Assembly: GCF_006345805.1 (NCBI RefSeq)
Contig: NC_042998.1
Span: 165,292,001-165,356,000 of the forward strand
From: Octopus sinensis
Taxonomy: Eukaryota
Direction: 5' to 3'
Length of the DNA stretch: 64,000 bases
Position numbers and translations under genes: made by a program
Notes under the pieces: generated by a model
Told to the model about the DNA's origin: nothing
What the model saw: only the letters and a program-made list of their open reading frames with translations
Databases searched by the model: none
In this document: positions 39,945 through 52,255 of the stretch, one piece after another
Layout: the number at the start of each line of letters is the position of its first letter
How positions within the stretch are numbered: position 1 is the first letter of the stretch

Positions 39945-41944
39945 TTTAACAGGAAAACTTAAACAAATATATGTTTATCGCCAGCTGGTTATAGATGACA
40001 TCTGCACCCGATATATATATTGCAAGCATGGGAGCGAACCCCTACCATTCTCTACAGACGACAGAAGATTTTCTAACTAGAGACTTTGCTTAAACAAATA
40101 GAAATATCTAGAAAAAGAAAAAGCGGTTCTGTAGATTGAAAACAGAAAAAAATTCTCTAATAATAGTTGCCTTACAAATTTTTTTTTAAATGCACCGGTA
40201 AATACAAAGCAAAAATTACCTGAGCTACACATATATACAAAATAGAGAAAATAACATTACTAGGCACTGTACACGTGTTGCATAGAGTATTTTCAATACA
40301 GCAGAATTCAGAACGACTGAAAAAAATACTGCACGTACCCAAGGCACACAGAGATGCACTCGATAGTGCTGTGAAAGCATGCAATTAAAAAATACTGCTG
40401 AAAAATAATATTAATGATCCGGAATTGGTCAATTAGTTCTTAATTATTTGGCCGTCTCATTCAATTGATTATAGAGTTATTTTTTGTTCAATCATCAAAA
40501 AATCCTACAAAGAAAAAATACATAAATGTATATTTGATAAAAAGAAATAATAAAGCATAAATAAATGCTTTGGATACTTAAGAGTTGGCGGAAGGGTGAC
40601 AGAGAAAACGGAATGCTTTAGTTGAATAGAAAAGGTTTCTGGGAGGAATGTGGCTAGTCAGTGAGTTGGGGGGAAAGTTTGCAAATGGAAAGAAACAGGT
40701 TAGAATCATTAGAAACAGCACGCAAAAGAGAAAGGAAATAAAGTGTAGATTGAAGGAAATAAGTTATTTTCTCTATTTTGTATGTACTTGTAGCTCAGGT
40801 AATTTTTGTTTTGTATTTACCAGTTTTACTGGTAGTTCTGTTTAATGTTTGATGTGATTGGGTTAATGTTTATCTCATTGTACCATACAGAAAACATAGA
40901 AATAAAATAGATAGTAAGAGGATGAAGAGAGAGAAGAGGACATAGAAGGAATTGAAGGCGATAGAAATGTTTACAAACAAGGAAGATGTGTGCGTGCGTG
41001 TATATGTGTGTGAGAGAGAGAGAGAGAAAGCGGGGTGAGGGGATTGTGTATGAAAATAAGAATAATATCGAACGGAATGATGACTGGAAATATAGGATGG
41101 ATATAATGTATAGGGTCATTCAGAAGGGATTTCCCTTGCTTTGTCATAGGTTTTGAACAGAGCCCTTCCTATCTAGATTAACAAGGAAATTAAACATTGT
41201 TAACAGAATGACGAATAGAATAAGGAAGATCGTGCCTACAATAAAGTATTGAATAATAGATAAGGATAAGAAATAGAATGAATGAGTCAATATAATTCTG
41301 GGTAAAATAACGTAACTACTTCAATAAATATATGAGAAAGGTTATACAAGAAGGATTTGGAGTTATAGAATTAATGGAATTAGATTCTAGCTGTATTCTA
41401 TTTTTTCCCTAATCTTTTATAAGTTTCATTCAATGAAATAAGGTCCTGCTGGGACATCGCCTTCAGAGAGTTTTGCCGATTGTAGCAACTTAAATACTTT
41501 TTTTTAAAGGGATATAATCGAGGTGAATCTGAATACGACACTGTGTTTTGGTCGTCGCTGTGCCATTTCCGCTACCACTGAGAGCATTAACAATGGAAAA
41601 GGAAAGAAACACTGACATTAACAAGGTAAGACTCCATGTATAATGTAGACCTACATGTTTCATCTGAAGATATATTTTCTAAATGAAAAAACAAGAATAG
41701 TGGACTTCATTGGTTTCATGAAACTTGCTGTGGATCAACAAAGCTTAAATAAGGATTATTGCTAGATAACTTAGGTGACGTCATGAATTGCAGCTCAACA
41801 AAATTGTTATCAATCAATATCACACTACATACTCTTTACAATCAGCTCACAATGACCACCAAATAACATAATACAACCCACACAACAAAATCTCCACACA
41901 ATCATCACCCAATCAACACCATCATCACCCAATCAACACCACAC

Positions 41945-42135
41945 AGGTGGTGAGTTGGCAGAATCGCTAAGCACTCCGAGAAAAACGCTCAGCGACTTTT
42001 CGTCCGTCTTTCTGAGTTCAAATTCAGCCGAGGTCAACTTTGCTTTTCATACTTTCGGGGTCGATAAGATAAGTAACAGTTGACTAGTGGGGTCGATGTA
42101 ATCGACTTACCTCTCCCCCAAAATATGAAACTAAT
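41945..42135 (+). mobile_element. SINE family A
   Basis: Head, B box and core present. Confidence 0.8.
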
Positions 42136-42226
42136 ATAATAACATCCCATGTAGTCGTACTTAATATCTGATCGTATTACACCAACATTCCACACAATTC
42201 ACATTTTCTACGTCTGTCATCAACAT

Positions 42227-43160
42227 CAGCGCTTCTTAAACTATGGGTCGCGAAAATTAAATTCAAATACTTAAATTTCAGTTTATATCTTATTTCACAA
42301 ATTTCAGTTTATATGTTATTTCTGAAATTTTATTGCATGTTCTTTTGTCATTTAGCACCAAATACCTATGTGAAACGACTTTTTCAGCTTTAACACTTAT
42401 TAAAGCCAAATATCGTTCAATGCTGAAAAACTTAGAAGATGCTTGACGTCCAGCAGTGTCATGTATTAAACCAAGGTTTAATTTGTCATGCAGCAAAAAG
42501 CAAGCACATCCGTCACATTTATTTTTAATTTTGTTTGTTTTATTTTTTATTTTTGTACTTGAAACATTTCTTTGGTTTATTTTTGTACTTGAAACAAATC
42601 CTAGAACTACTTTTGGATCTTTTCGGTTTGAACGGCAGTTTTTTAAAATAATTTCCACGTAACTAAAAAAATTAAAACTTCGTATACGGGTAGAATGTGT
42701 TTATAAAACATCTTTTTCTCTTGGCTTTATTGAGAAAATTCTATCGTTTGTAAGATATTTGTTGTTTTTTTCCTTCAATTTCTGCAATTTCAACCAATCA
42801 ATGACGTCTATTGAGGTGAAAACATTCTGTGCCGTATGAATATGTCCCTCGTTTAAGAAACAGATTGCGTTTATTTACATTTCTGAAGAAAAAAAGATAC
42901 CTTTCCCCACACCCCTAACCCTAAAACAGATTGAAATGCAATAGATCGATACTAGGGTCATAATTATGGGTGACAATTTCATATGACACCGCTAGAAAAA
43001 ACTGCCGTTCAAACCGAAAAGATCCATTACTTTTTTTATATGTATATTGTTCAGCAAAAAAAAAAAAATGTTTTATGTATTGTATGTTTTATTTCATATT
43101 TAATACCTGGAGTCGTGATAAAAATCAGGTCATGAATGAAAAAAGTTTTAAGAAACGCTG
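42227..43160 (+). mobile_element. Internally deleted hAT Buster/Charlie transposon retaining the transposase C-terminus (42333-42518)
   Basis: TIRs CAGCGCTTCTTAAACT / AGTTTTAAGAAACGCTG, TSD ATCAACAT/ATCTACAT; LLSFSTKYLCETTFSALTLIKAKYRS..KQAHPSH. Confidence 0.88.
42615..43025. mobile_element. MITE with 30-bp perfect TIRs and 9-bp TSD (Merlin- or Mutator-like), nested in the hAT
   Basis: GGATCTTTTCGGTTTGAACGGCAGTTTTTT / AAAAAACTGCCGTTCAAACCGAAAAGATCC; TSD ACTACTTTT/ATTACTTTT. Confidence 0.85.
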
Positions 43161-43321
43161 ATCTACATGGTCACGGAAGGAAGGCTTTTTATCCTATATC
43201 TGCTCGATCAAAGTAGACCTGTACCTAAACAATAGCAAAAGCAGAATTCTTTTACTTACACAAATGTGAAAGATTTTTACGAATTTTTGCTATATCTTAA
43301 TATATGTAAAAGAGAAGGAAG

Positions 43322-43537
43322 ATGGTGAGCCTGCCGAATCTTTAGTGCACCGGGAAAATGCATAGCGGCATTTCTTTCGACTTTACGTTCTAAATCCGAA
43401 TGCTGCCGGGATAGACATTGTGATTCATCTCTTTGTGGGGTCGATAAAATAAGTACCAATTCTTCTCTGGTGGGGTCGATGTAAGTGACTTATCTCATCC
43501 CCAGAAATTGCTGGCCTTGTGCCAAATTTGAAATCAA
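43322..43537 (+). mobile_element. SINE family A (tail C)
   Basis: GGGGTCGATAAAATAAGTACC core; tail C. Confidence 0.8.
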
Positions 43538-43936
43538 TGTATGTAAAAGAGAATGCAAGTGTACATGTTCCAGTTGAAGGCACCACCATGTACTTGAAAC
43601 CCTGCAAAAGGGGTACATCTGACATGAAAGTCTTAGGGTATGTAACTTTTCCTGATAGATTTCTATAAAGCTAGGCAAGGCTAGGTACCGCTGCTAATTT
43701 TAAATAAATATGATACGTTTGTGCGTAAAGAAGGAGAAATATATAGTCAAGCAGAAACACTAACAAAAATAATATTAAAAAATAATGATAAATAATCGAC
43801 CAGTTCTTTTGATTGTTAAATGAAAACAAAAATGCATAGAGATTTCACGGATATATAATTTTATATACACAAAGATAACTCGAGATATATTAAGATAGGA
43901 TCATTGAACTACTTTTCAGTTTTAGCAAATTTATAG

Positions 43937-45200
43937 GTGGTGAGCTGGGAAAATTGTTGAAACGTTCGGAAAAATGTATAATGCTATTTTCTCCAGCTCC
44001 TTACATTCAGAGTTCAAATTTGCTGGTTTCATACCGAGATTAGAAACAATCTTAGTTCACTGATCGGTAAAATTATTACAGTATCACCCTGGAAATATTT
44101 AGTGTCGGTAAGACAATGGGCTGGTAGAACGCTTAACATTTCGTCCGACTTCACGTTCCAAGTTCAAATTCCGGTGAGGTTTACGTTGCCTTTCCTTCTT
44201 TCAGAGTCGACAGAATAGGTACCACTTGAGGACTGAGGTTGCTGGGGGGGGGGGGTAATTAACTTAGTCCTTTCTCTGAAATTGCTGACCTTATGCCAAA
44301 ATTTGAAACCAATATTTAGTTAGAGTTATTTACAGTCTAAGTTTAAATCCTAGGGTCAAATAAATATCATTAAAGATATTTGAGTTATTTACATTCCATG
44401 CCTCCACCAGAAGTTTTGTCTTTCTGCCTGTGTTGGAGAGCAACTGTGCTAAGTTATTAAACTACGGTCAATAGATTCTCAAATCATCAACCGAAATATC
44501 TTGTATAAATTAGTTAATAGCTTTTTACATTCTAAGTTCAAATTTTGCCAAGGCGAACTTTAATTTTTCTAGGTCCAATAGAATCAACTATTACTGTTAA
44601 GTTTTATCTCGTTGATTATACACTTTCTACAAATTTGAATCATTGAGTCTATATCAGAAATCAATAACAGCACAATTAATTTGTTTCCAGATTGCCCTCA
44701 GATTCACTAAGAACAAGTAAATATTTTTTAATGTTCAGTGGTTTGGAATGAGACTAAGAAAAAAATTGACTACAAAATAAACCAAGCTTGAATATTGATA
44801 AATTTGTCAGGTTCTTTACGTGTAAAATATTGATTCTAAACTTTGGCACAATGCCAGCAATTTCGGGAGAGACACTAAGTCAATTACTCAATCTCAGTAC
44901 TCAAATGGTACTTATTTTATCGACCCCGAAAGGATGAAAGGCAAAGACAACCACGGCGGAATTTGATCTCGGCATTTCACCCGGATTTTTCCAGTTCCCG
45001 TATAATATTTAGGGAAAGATGCTAAAAACACAACTTTTATGAATAAAGAGTAAACAAAAATCTTTTAACATGGCAAAACTGGTGATGATTCAACAAGAAG
45101 GTGGTGAATTAGCAGCTGTTATAGCGTCTTACACTATTTTATCCGGCTCTCTACGTTCCTCAGTTCCAATCCTGCCTAAGCTAGCTTTACATTTCATCAC
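43937..45200. mobile_element. Cluster of diverged SINE family A copies and fragments (e.g. 44118-44313 plus, 44832-45000 minus)
   Basis: Repeated AGTTCAAAT B boxes, core and tail C motifs. Confidence 0.65.
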
Positions 45201-45556
45201 TTTTGGTCGATAAATACTTTGAAGTTACAGGAATCATTTTCTCATTTTCACACCTTAATCTTGAATTGAAAAGTAGCAGTGGAGACTTGTGGCGTTCTCG
45301 GCCCCCCGTACTATGTCCCCGCTCACTGTTGTCGGGGCGGAGATTGTTATCCGCAAGTGCTAGCCCCGTGAGTCAGAGTGGCTGTTCCAGTACATCTCCC
45401 TCGTCATCCCCTGGGACTATGCCTTTTCCATTGTGTCTGCTGCGACCATGAAGCGGATTGAATTACAGGGAATCGAGAGACTGCAAGAAGTTCGTAACTT
45501 ACTACACGAACACTAAAAGTAAGCATTAATGACTTGTAGGTACACTACATTTCGTT

Positions 45557-45753
45557 ATGCAACCACAATATGCTACAAAGTATATTAAACACTTTTATAA
45601 GCTAATATGTTCTACTGTGTTAGCAGTGCTATTAAATCACTTGCTAATGTTATCTTTACTTAACAAAAGATTCAGTAGTACTGCTAACACAGTAGAACAC
45701 AGCAATTGTTTATAAGAGCGTTTGATATATTTCGTAGTATATTAAGGTAGCAG
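45557..45753. repeat. ~200-bp imperfect palindrome (foldback MITE-like)
   Basis: TGTTCTACTGTGTTAGCAGT vs ACTGCTAACACAGTAGAACA, with similarity extending outward on both arms. Confidence 0.75.
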
Positions 45754-45843
45754 TATAGATAACCTTAAAAATTATAAAATTAAGGAAATATATTCCAATT
45801 TGAAATTGGGAAGCAAACTGTAAACTAGTATTGAAACCGTTCA

Positions 45844-46077
45844 TAAGGCGGCGAGCTGGTAGAAACGTTAGCACACCGGGCGAAATGCTTTGCGGTATTT
45901 CGTCGGTCGTTACGTTCTGAGTTTAAATTCTGCCGAGGTCGACTTTGCCTTTCATCCTTTCGGGGTCGATAAATTAAGTACCAGTTACGCACTGGGGTTG
46001 ATGTAATCGACTTAATCCGCTTGTCTGTTCTTGTTTGTCCCCTCTGTGTTTAGCCCCTTGTGGGTAGTAAAGAAATA
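45844..46077 (+). mobile_element. Near-consensus SINE family A (Tx1-type tail A) with 15-bp TSD
   Basis: Full head/core/tail; TSD AGTATTGAAACCGTT (45827-45841) / AGTATTGAAATCGTT (46078-46092). Confidence 0.92.
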
Positions 46078-46092
46078 AGTATTGAAATCGTT

Positions 46093-47682
46093 GTTTCTTT
46101 CTTTATTGCCCACAAGAGGCCCACACAGAAGGGACAACATAAAATAAAATTAAACGTATAATAAGATGAATGATAACATGAAAATGATAATGAAAATGTG
46201 CTGCTTGCACCACCTCAAGCAGCATCACTTCCTTGGTAATCCTTTTACTACATATACAACACATTCCTCTAATAGTTGTTCATACCCTATGCTGTCTGGT
46301 ATCCTTTTAGCGTCTGTATTGATTTTCCAGAACTTATAACCTTTTTTTCTATTTCCTCACTTCTTCTATCTGCTTTTCTGAAACTAGCACACACATGTGC
46401 CACCCTATTGTGTTCGTATATCCTTTTGTATCGACAAATTTTGCCGTCTTCCAATCTGTTACTTTCCGAATTAGTTCCTTATTCTCTTTGTTCGTCAATA
46501 TACAAACGTAATTTACTTCGCGGGGAGGGGAATTCTTTGTACTTTGTTGTAATTGCATTTCTTTTTGGATTGAGTAGGGGGGATGTATGTGGGTTCGGTG
46601 TTTGTGGGGAGAGGGTGGGTCTGAGATTGTATGGGTGGGGTGGGTAAGGTTTGGGGTTCCAAATCACTCTGTCCTTTCTTCCTCTTTTTCCTTCTTTCTT
46701 CTGAAATTATCCATGCTTCCTCTCTTTCCTTTTCCTCTTCTTGCTTCTTTTCCGGCCTCACGTCCATCCTTTCTGAAGTCTGCTTCTGCAGAAGACAGTG
46801 TGCTTTAATGTGGCTTTCTTGGCCACATTTAAAACACTGAGGAGTCCTGCCCTCCACCCACACTTTCAACACTACACCTCCGACTGATACCGCTTCCACC
46901 AAACAATCCAGTGCTTCCACCGCGGCCTGCACAACCAGATCCACTGCTTAGAGCTTCCAAATCAAGCCCACCGCCCATGTGACCTGGAGGATGGCCACTT
47001 TCTCCCCACCTCCCAGAAGAACAGCCGATGCGACCCAAGCCACATCTACCTCCGGTGGTACTCCCTCTACCCCAATCATGGAAGTCCCTCTTCCAAACAA
47101 GTGGGTAGAAGGACTATCTTGCCCGATTTTACCGTGTCCATAGCGAGCTCCCCTGCCCTAACCTCCGTCCTGAAATGGACTACAATAGCTCCGAATTCAC
47201 CTCCTCCGGTCAGTTACGCTATGTCCCACCAGACCGAGCACAACGCCCTTTCCATAATTTCAGCTTCTACATGTTCCACCTTCCCCTCCTCCACCGAGTA
47301 CACCCTGTATACCACAGTCTTCCAGTCCACTATCTTCTGTGGCGGTGACAGCTCAACGTCACTACCCACTCCACATACCACCTCCTCACATCCTTCAACA
47401 TTTGAAAGGACTACCTCCCCTTTGCCCACCTCTGTAGAACTTCCCCTCCCCAGGCACCTATCTATCCCATCGACAGCGAGTACCAGCTCCTCCTCCGAAG
47501 ACGACAACTCGGAACCACCAAGGTCCGATCAAAACATCCTTTTTGCCATGGCTATCTTTCGAAAAAATCGAGAGAAAGCACAAGAAAACCGCTGCAAAGC
47601 AGCACAAAACAACCAACAATTCAAACAGCAGCAACTCCAAACAACAATCAAACCTCAGCCCACCAGAATGCTCGACGAAATT
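46093..47682 (-). mobile_element. ORF1-only Tx1-derived non-autonomous element (element 3), frameshifted
   Basis: PPQKIVDWKTVVYRVY, VWVEGRTPQCFKCGQESHIKAHC; 3' end GGCCTCTTGTGGGCAATAAAGAAAGAAAC; 23-bp repeat TGTAAACTAGTATTGAAACCGTT at 45819-45841 and 47683-47705; no ORF2 sequence. Confidence 0.85.
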
Positions 47683-48153
47683 TGTAAACTAGTATTGAAA
47701 CCGTTATTGCATGTATGGAGAGACACGGCGTTTTTATTATGAGTGGGCTGCAATATGTAAATGAAGTAATAAATTATTGACATTCGAGAATCTCATGGTA
47801 ATTGTTAATCTGTGATTGTTTCTTTAATATGTAAATTAATGACTTTGCTGTCGAAAATCTTATTATTATATTTCATATTAAATATCATATTATTTAAATT
47901 CTATGATATCATTGATTAAGAAAAATTTATTGTTTGAGGCAAGTTCATTAATTGTGGACATTATAATGAGAGAAATTCATACATTTCAAACTTGTTTTTT
48001 TTTATCACTGCATACACATAGATTTTCCATATGAGCACATTTGATTACATCAGTAGGATACAATCAAAATATTTTGAAGCACTCATTCTCAGGACAAAAA
48101 TATAATATATTATCCTTAATACAGCTGCAACAAAAGCTATATTGCAACCACTC

Positions 48154-48497
48154 AAGGCGGCGAGCTGGCAGAAACGTTAGCACGTCGGGCGAAATACTTA
48201 GCAGTATTTCGTCTGCAGTTACGTTGTGAGTTCTTGTTTGTCCCCTCTATGTTTAGCCCCTTGTGGGTAATAAAGAAATAAGAAACGTTAGCACGCCGGG
48301 TGAAATGCGTGGCCGTATTTCGTCTGCCGTTACGTTCTGAGTTCAAATTCTGCCGAGGTCAACTTTGCCTTTCATCTTTTCGGGGTCGATAAATTAAGTA
48401 CCAGTTGCGCACTGGGGTCGATGTAATTGACTTAATCCGTTTGTCTGTCCTTGTTTGTCCTCTCTGTGTTTAACCCCTTGTGGGTAGTAAAGAAATA
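48154..48497 (+). mobile_element. Dimeric/nested SINE family A (two tail A ends) with 17-bp TSD
   Basis: TSD TATATTGCAACCACTCA on both sides; internally deleted first unit ends AAAGAAATA at 48280, second unit restarts at AGAAACGTTAGC. Confidence 0.88.
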
Positions 48498-50089
48498 TAT
48501 ATTGCAACCACTCACAGATACATACATACAACATTACTATCAAGTAGATGGCCGGTTTAAATTTGCTCTAAATTAAAAAAAGAAAGAGAACACATACATA
48601 TCATCGTAATGCTTGACTGCAATATACCTTACAACCGTTCTATAGTATATAACCTAATCGTTAAACCCATCTTAAATTATCAGATTTTCCGAGCTCAATA
48701 AACTACCGTGTAAATGGCTCAGTATTTTACTGAATTGTGTACTCCTAACGTACTTCTCAAGCGAAATAAACTAAACACGCTCTGACAAGACTGGACATTT
48801 CGTTTGTAGGTACATTCCATGACCTTTTTAGCATTTCTGTCTACTTAATCTTACTGACAAGGTATAGCTAGAATATAGAGTTACCCATGAAGCAACCTAG
48901 TGAGATTGAACTTTGAATTGCGTGATTTACAAGAGAACCTTACCATTCAGACACATAAAATATCAGATTGGCATCCCATGAACAATAATCAGAAGAGAGG
49001 GCGGCAGGTAATTATTCGATGTCAGGGTGCAGTTTAAAATGGCAGTTATTAATGTTGTTCATTTGTTTCTAAGTCACAATAAGTTTGCTGCGTATCTTTA
49101 ATGGCTGTTGTCACACAAAAGGTAACAAATCGATTATCAATGCAGTCGAAAGAAAGGGGTTGATTAGAAATTCGAATGAATGGAATACAAATCTGAGATA
49201 GTACCAAAGGCACCCATTCTGATAGTACCTAAGACAACCGCGGAATACAATAATAACACCATACATTTACATTGCTAATACTTCCGCGTGTAAATACATT
49301 AATAACTCTGGCCTGGACGAATAAATTCAGTCTAAACAAGACTACACAATAAAAGCATTAACATCTATTATATAGAAGCGGACTTTCGCCAATAAACATA
49401 TTGGCCATGCTAACACTGAAGTGTAAATTCTAAAACAATGTATCACATTTTATCAAGATATTTTACACCGTCTCCCACCAAATATACTTGGAAATACAGT
49501 AACGTATCAAAGCTAATCTCCATATGCGGCTACTCAACTTTAATTCATTAAAGTAAAAGTTCAGATTTGATGCAACTCGATGTTATCTTGAATACGGACA
49601 TAATTACATCCTAGAGCCATGTTATTAATATTATTGATAATATTATTAGCATATTAGTAATTTCAATAATATATTAGCAATATTAACAATGCTCTATAAA
49701 TGTCACTTCCTATTTTAGCACAAGGCTAGTAGTTTTAGTGGAAGAGATAAGCCGATTACTTCGACTCCAGTACTTAAGTGATAAATTATTTTATTAACCC
49801 CGAAAAGAGGAAACTCAAAGTTACTCTCAGCTGGATTTGCGCTCAGAACATTAGGATACTCTGTAAGGCATTTGCACATAACATTTAAAAAATTCAAACA
49901 CTTTTGTGGATGCTTTTTTGCTTTTTACATCAATAAAGGGACTAACGAAGTATTTTACAAATAAATGTTAAAGTTTAAAATAATTTCGAATGAAGGCACA
50001 AAGCAAGACGTTTAAAAATGAAGAAACAGCTTGTTAATCGAACCAAGTTTTTCACTGGTACTGAAATACTTGGTTCGAAATACTTACAT

Positions 50090-50201
50090 ACCAGCCACAT
50101 GGCTTCAGCTTCAGTGACACCATGGGCAAGTATCTTCTACTATAATTCGACCAAAGCCTTGTGAGTGGACTTGGTAGGTGGAAGCTGAAAGAAGCCTGTC
50201 G

Positions 50202-50237
<36 letters not shown>

Positions 50238-50425
50238 ATTTGTGTGTCTGTCTTTGTCCCCCGATGGTGGTGTGTTTACGTCCCCATAAACTAGCGGTTC
50301 GGCAAAAGATACCGGTAGAATAACTACTAGGCTTATAAAGAATAAGTCCTGTGGTCGGTTTGTTCGACTAAATGCTGTGCTCCAGCCTGGCTGCAATCAA
50401 ATGACTGAAACAAATGAAAGAATAA
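50090..50425 (+). mobile_element. CORE-like SINE family B
   Basis: CACCATGGGCAAGTATCTTCTACTATA..GCCTTGTGAGTGGA..; internal (TA)n; 3' AAATGACTGAAACAA. Confidence 0.75.
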
Positions 50426-51521
50426 AAACCAGAATATCAATCCAAAGAAGGAGCTAATACATTATCGCTCAGCCTGCAAGAAACAATATTCAAACCTTTT
50501 AATATTATCCGCTATCGTCTCAAAAAATATCCCATTAAAATAATATATAGATCTGTGCCTGTAAAAAGACAGGATGGTCACAACTGGAGTGCTTTTGACC
50601 AAAGGTTTGTTCGGTTCGTTTTTACTATGTTTACTATGTTTAACATGCATATTGAGTATAAAAACCAGCGATCCAGAATGTCACATTGTAGGGCATAATA
50701 ATACGTCTCTCTTTGCGAAGATTCAATATTGCGTATCGATACAGAAATTATTTTTCTATCGTCTTAGAATCTCATGAACAATGTAAAAAGATGTGATGAT
50801 GTCAAAAAGTCATCTCCAAACTAATGAATATTCCATACAGAGTTATGTATCAATTTTGACTTCATGTATAATAACATAATATATTTAAATACACGAAAAG
50901 ATTGTTTTGGCGTTCAGGAGATGCACGGTCTTTCGTATATAACGATTTCACATCACTTTACGAAAGATTGACAGCAGTGATATGCATAACATTTGGGCAG
51001 GTTTAGTTATATCATTCTCCGCCTGTAGAATAATAACTACAACCAGTATACGTAGGCGAAGAAAGATTCATTGAGACAGGTTGATTAGTTACATTAGATT
51101 TATGGCTAAGAAATTATGCGTATGGTAATGTTATTTAAACCAGAAGATTAAATTGAGTTTCATATAAGTGGAATGGCCACAACCAAGAAACTGATAAGAC
51201 GTCTTAGATTTCGAAACTATAAAAGAGATTCACCTGTACAAGGAAAGTCATATTAACTTCACTAATAAACTCCAAAAACAGATGACATCGATCATACCAT
51301 TGAATTGTCGTTAACTTTATCAAGAGATAGTAATGTATTTATTAATGAAATATATTAATGTGGTGTAATGCACTAGATTAATAGCTTGCATTACTGAACA
51401 TATCGATTTCTTAGGCAGAACAAGGATACATATGTAACTAACGAACAGAAGTGTCTTGGTTTCATTCAGGATTCGAAACAATCATTAACTCAATTTTCCA
51501 GAAGCCCCCATTTTATGAATG

Positions 51522-51564
<43 letters not shown>

Positions 51565-51568
<4 letters not shown>

Positions 51569-51740
51569 AGAGTTTACGAAAAAAACAAAAGACGAAGACA
51601 GGTGGTGTACAAAACAAACAGATGTATTAGTATAACGCTCAGGAATAGAAAAAGTCTTTTACGTTTCGAGCCTAAGCTCTGCTACAGAAAGGGACACAGA
51701 AAAAACAAAGAGAGAAAAAATGTGTGTAGTGGCTAACGAT
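51565..51740 (-). mobile_element. Short PLE-like element next to (TA)n with degenerate hammerhead (51656-51691)
   Basis: Minus: CTTT-CTGTAGC-a-GAGC ttag GCTC-GAAACGTA-AAAG; same architecture as 17309-17343, core diverged. Confidence 0.45.
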
Positions 51741-51744
51741 GTAG

Positions 51745-52206
51745 GACGTGGTAAGAAACTTGCTTCCCAAACACATGGTTCCGAGTTCAGTCCCACTGCG
51801 TGCCACCTTGGACAGTGTTTACCACTATAGCCTCGGGACGACCAAAGTATTGTGAGTGGATTTGGTAGACGAAAACTGAAAGAAGCCCGCCGTATGCATA
51901 CATACTGACATATACACATATATACATACATATGTATTTATATGCTTGTGTGTATGTGTGTCTTTCCGTCTGTCTTTATTCCCCCCCCCTCACCGCTTGA
52001 CAACCTGTGTTGGTGTCTTCACATCCCCATAACTTTGCGTTTCGGCAAAAGAAAACCGATAAAAGAAGTACTAGGCTTAAAGAAAGCTATGTCCTGGGGT
52101 TGATTTGTTCGATTAAAACCATTCAAGGCAGTGCCCCAGCATGGCCGCAGTCAAATGACTGAAACAAGTAAGAGAGTAAAAGAATGTGTGTGTGTATATA
52201 TTTATG

Positions 52207-52255
<49 letters not shown>

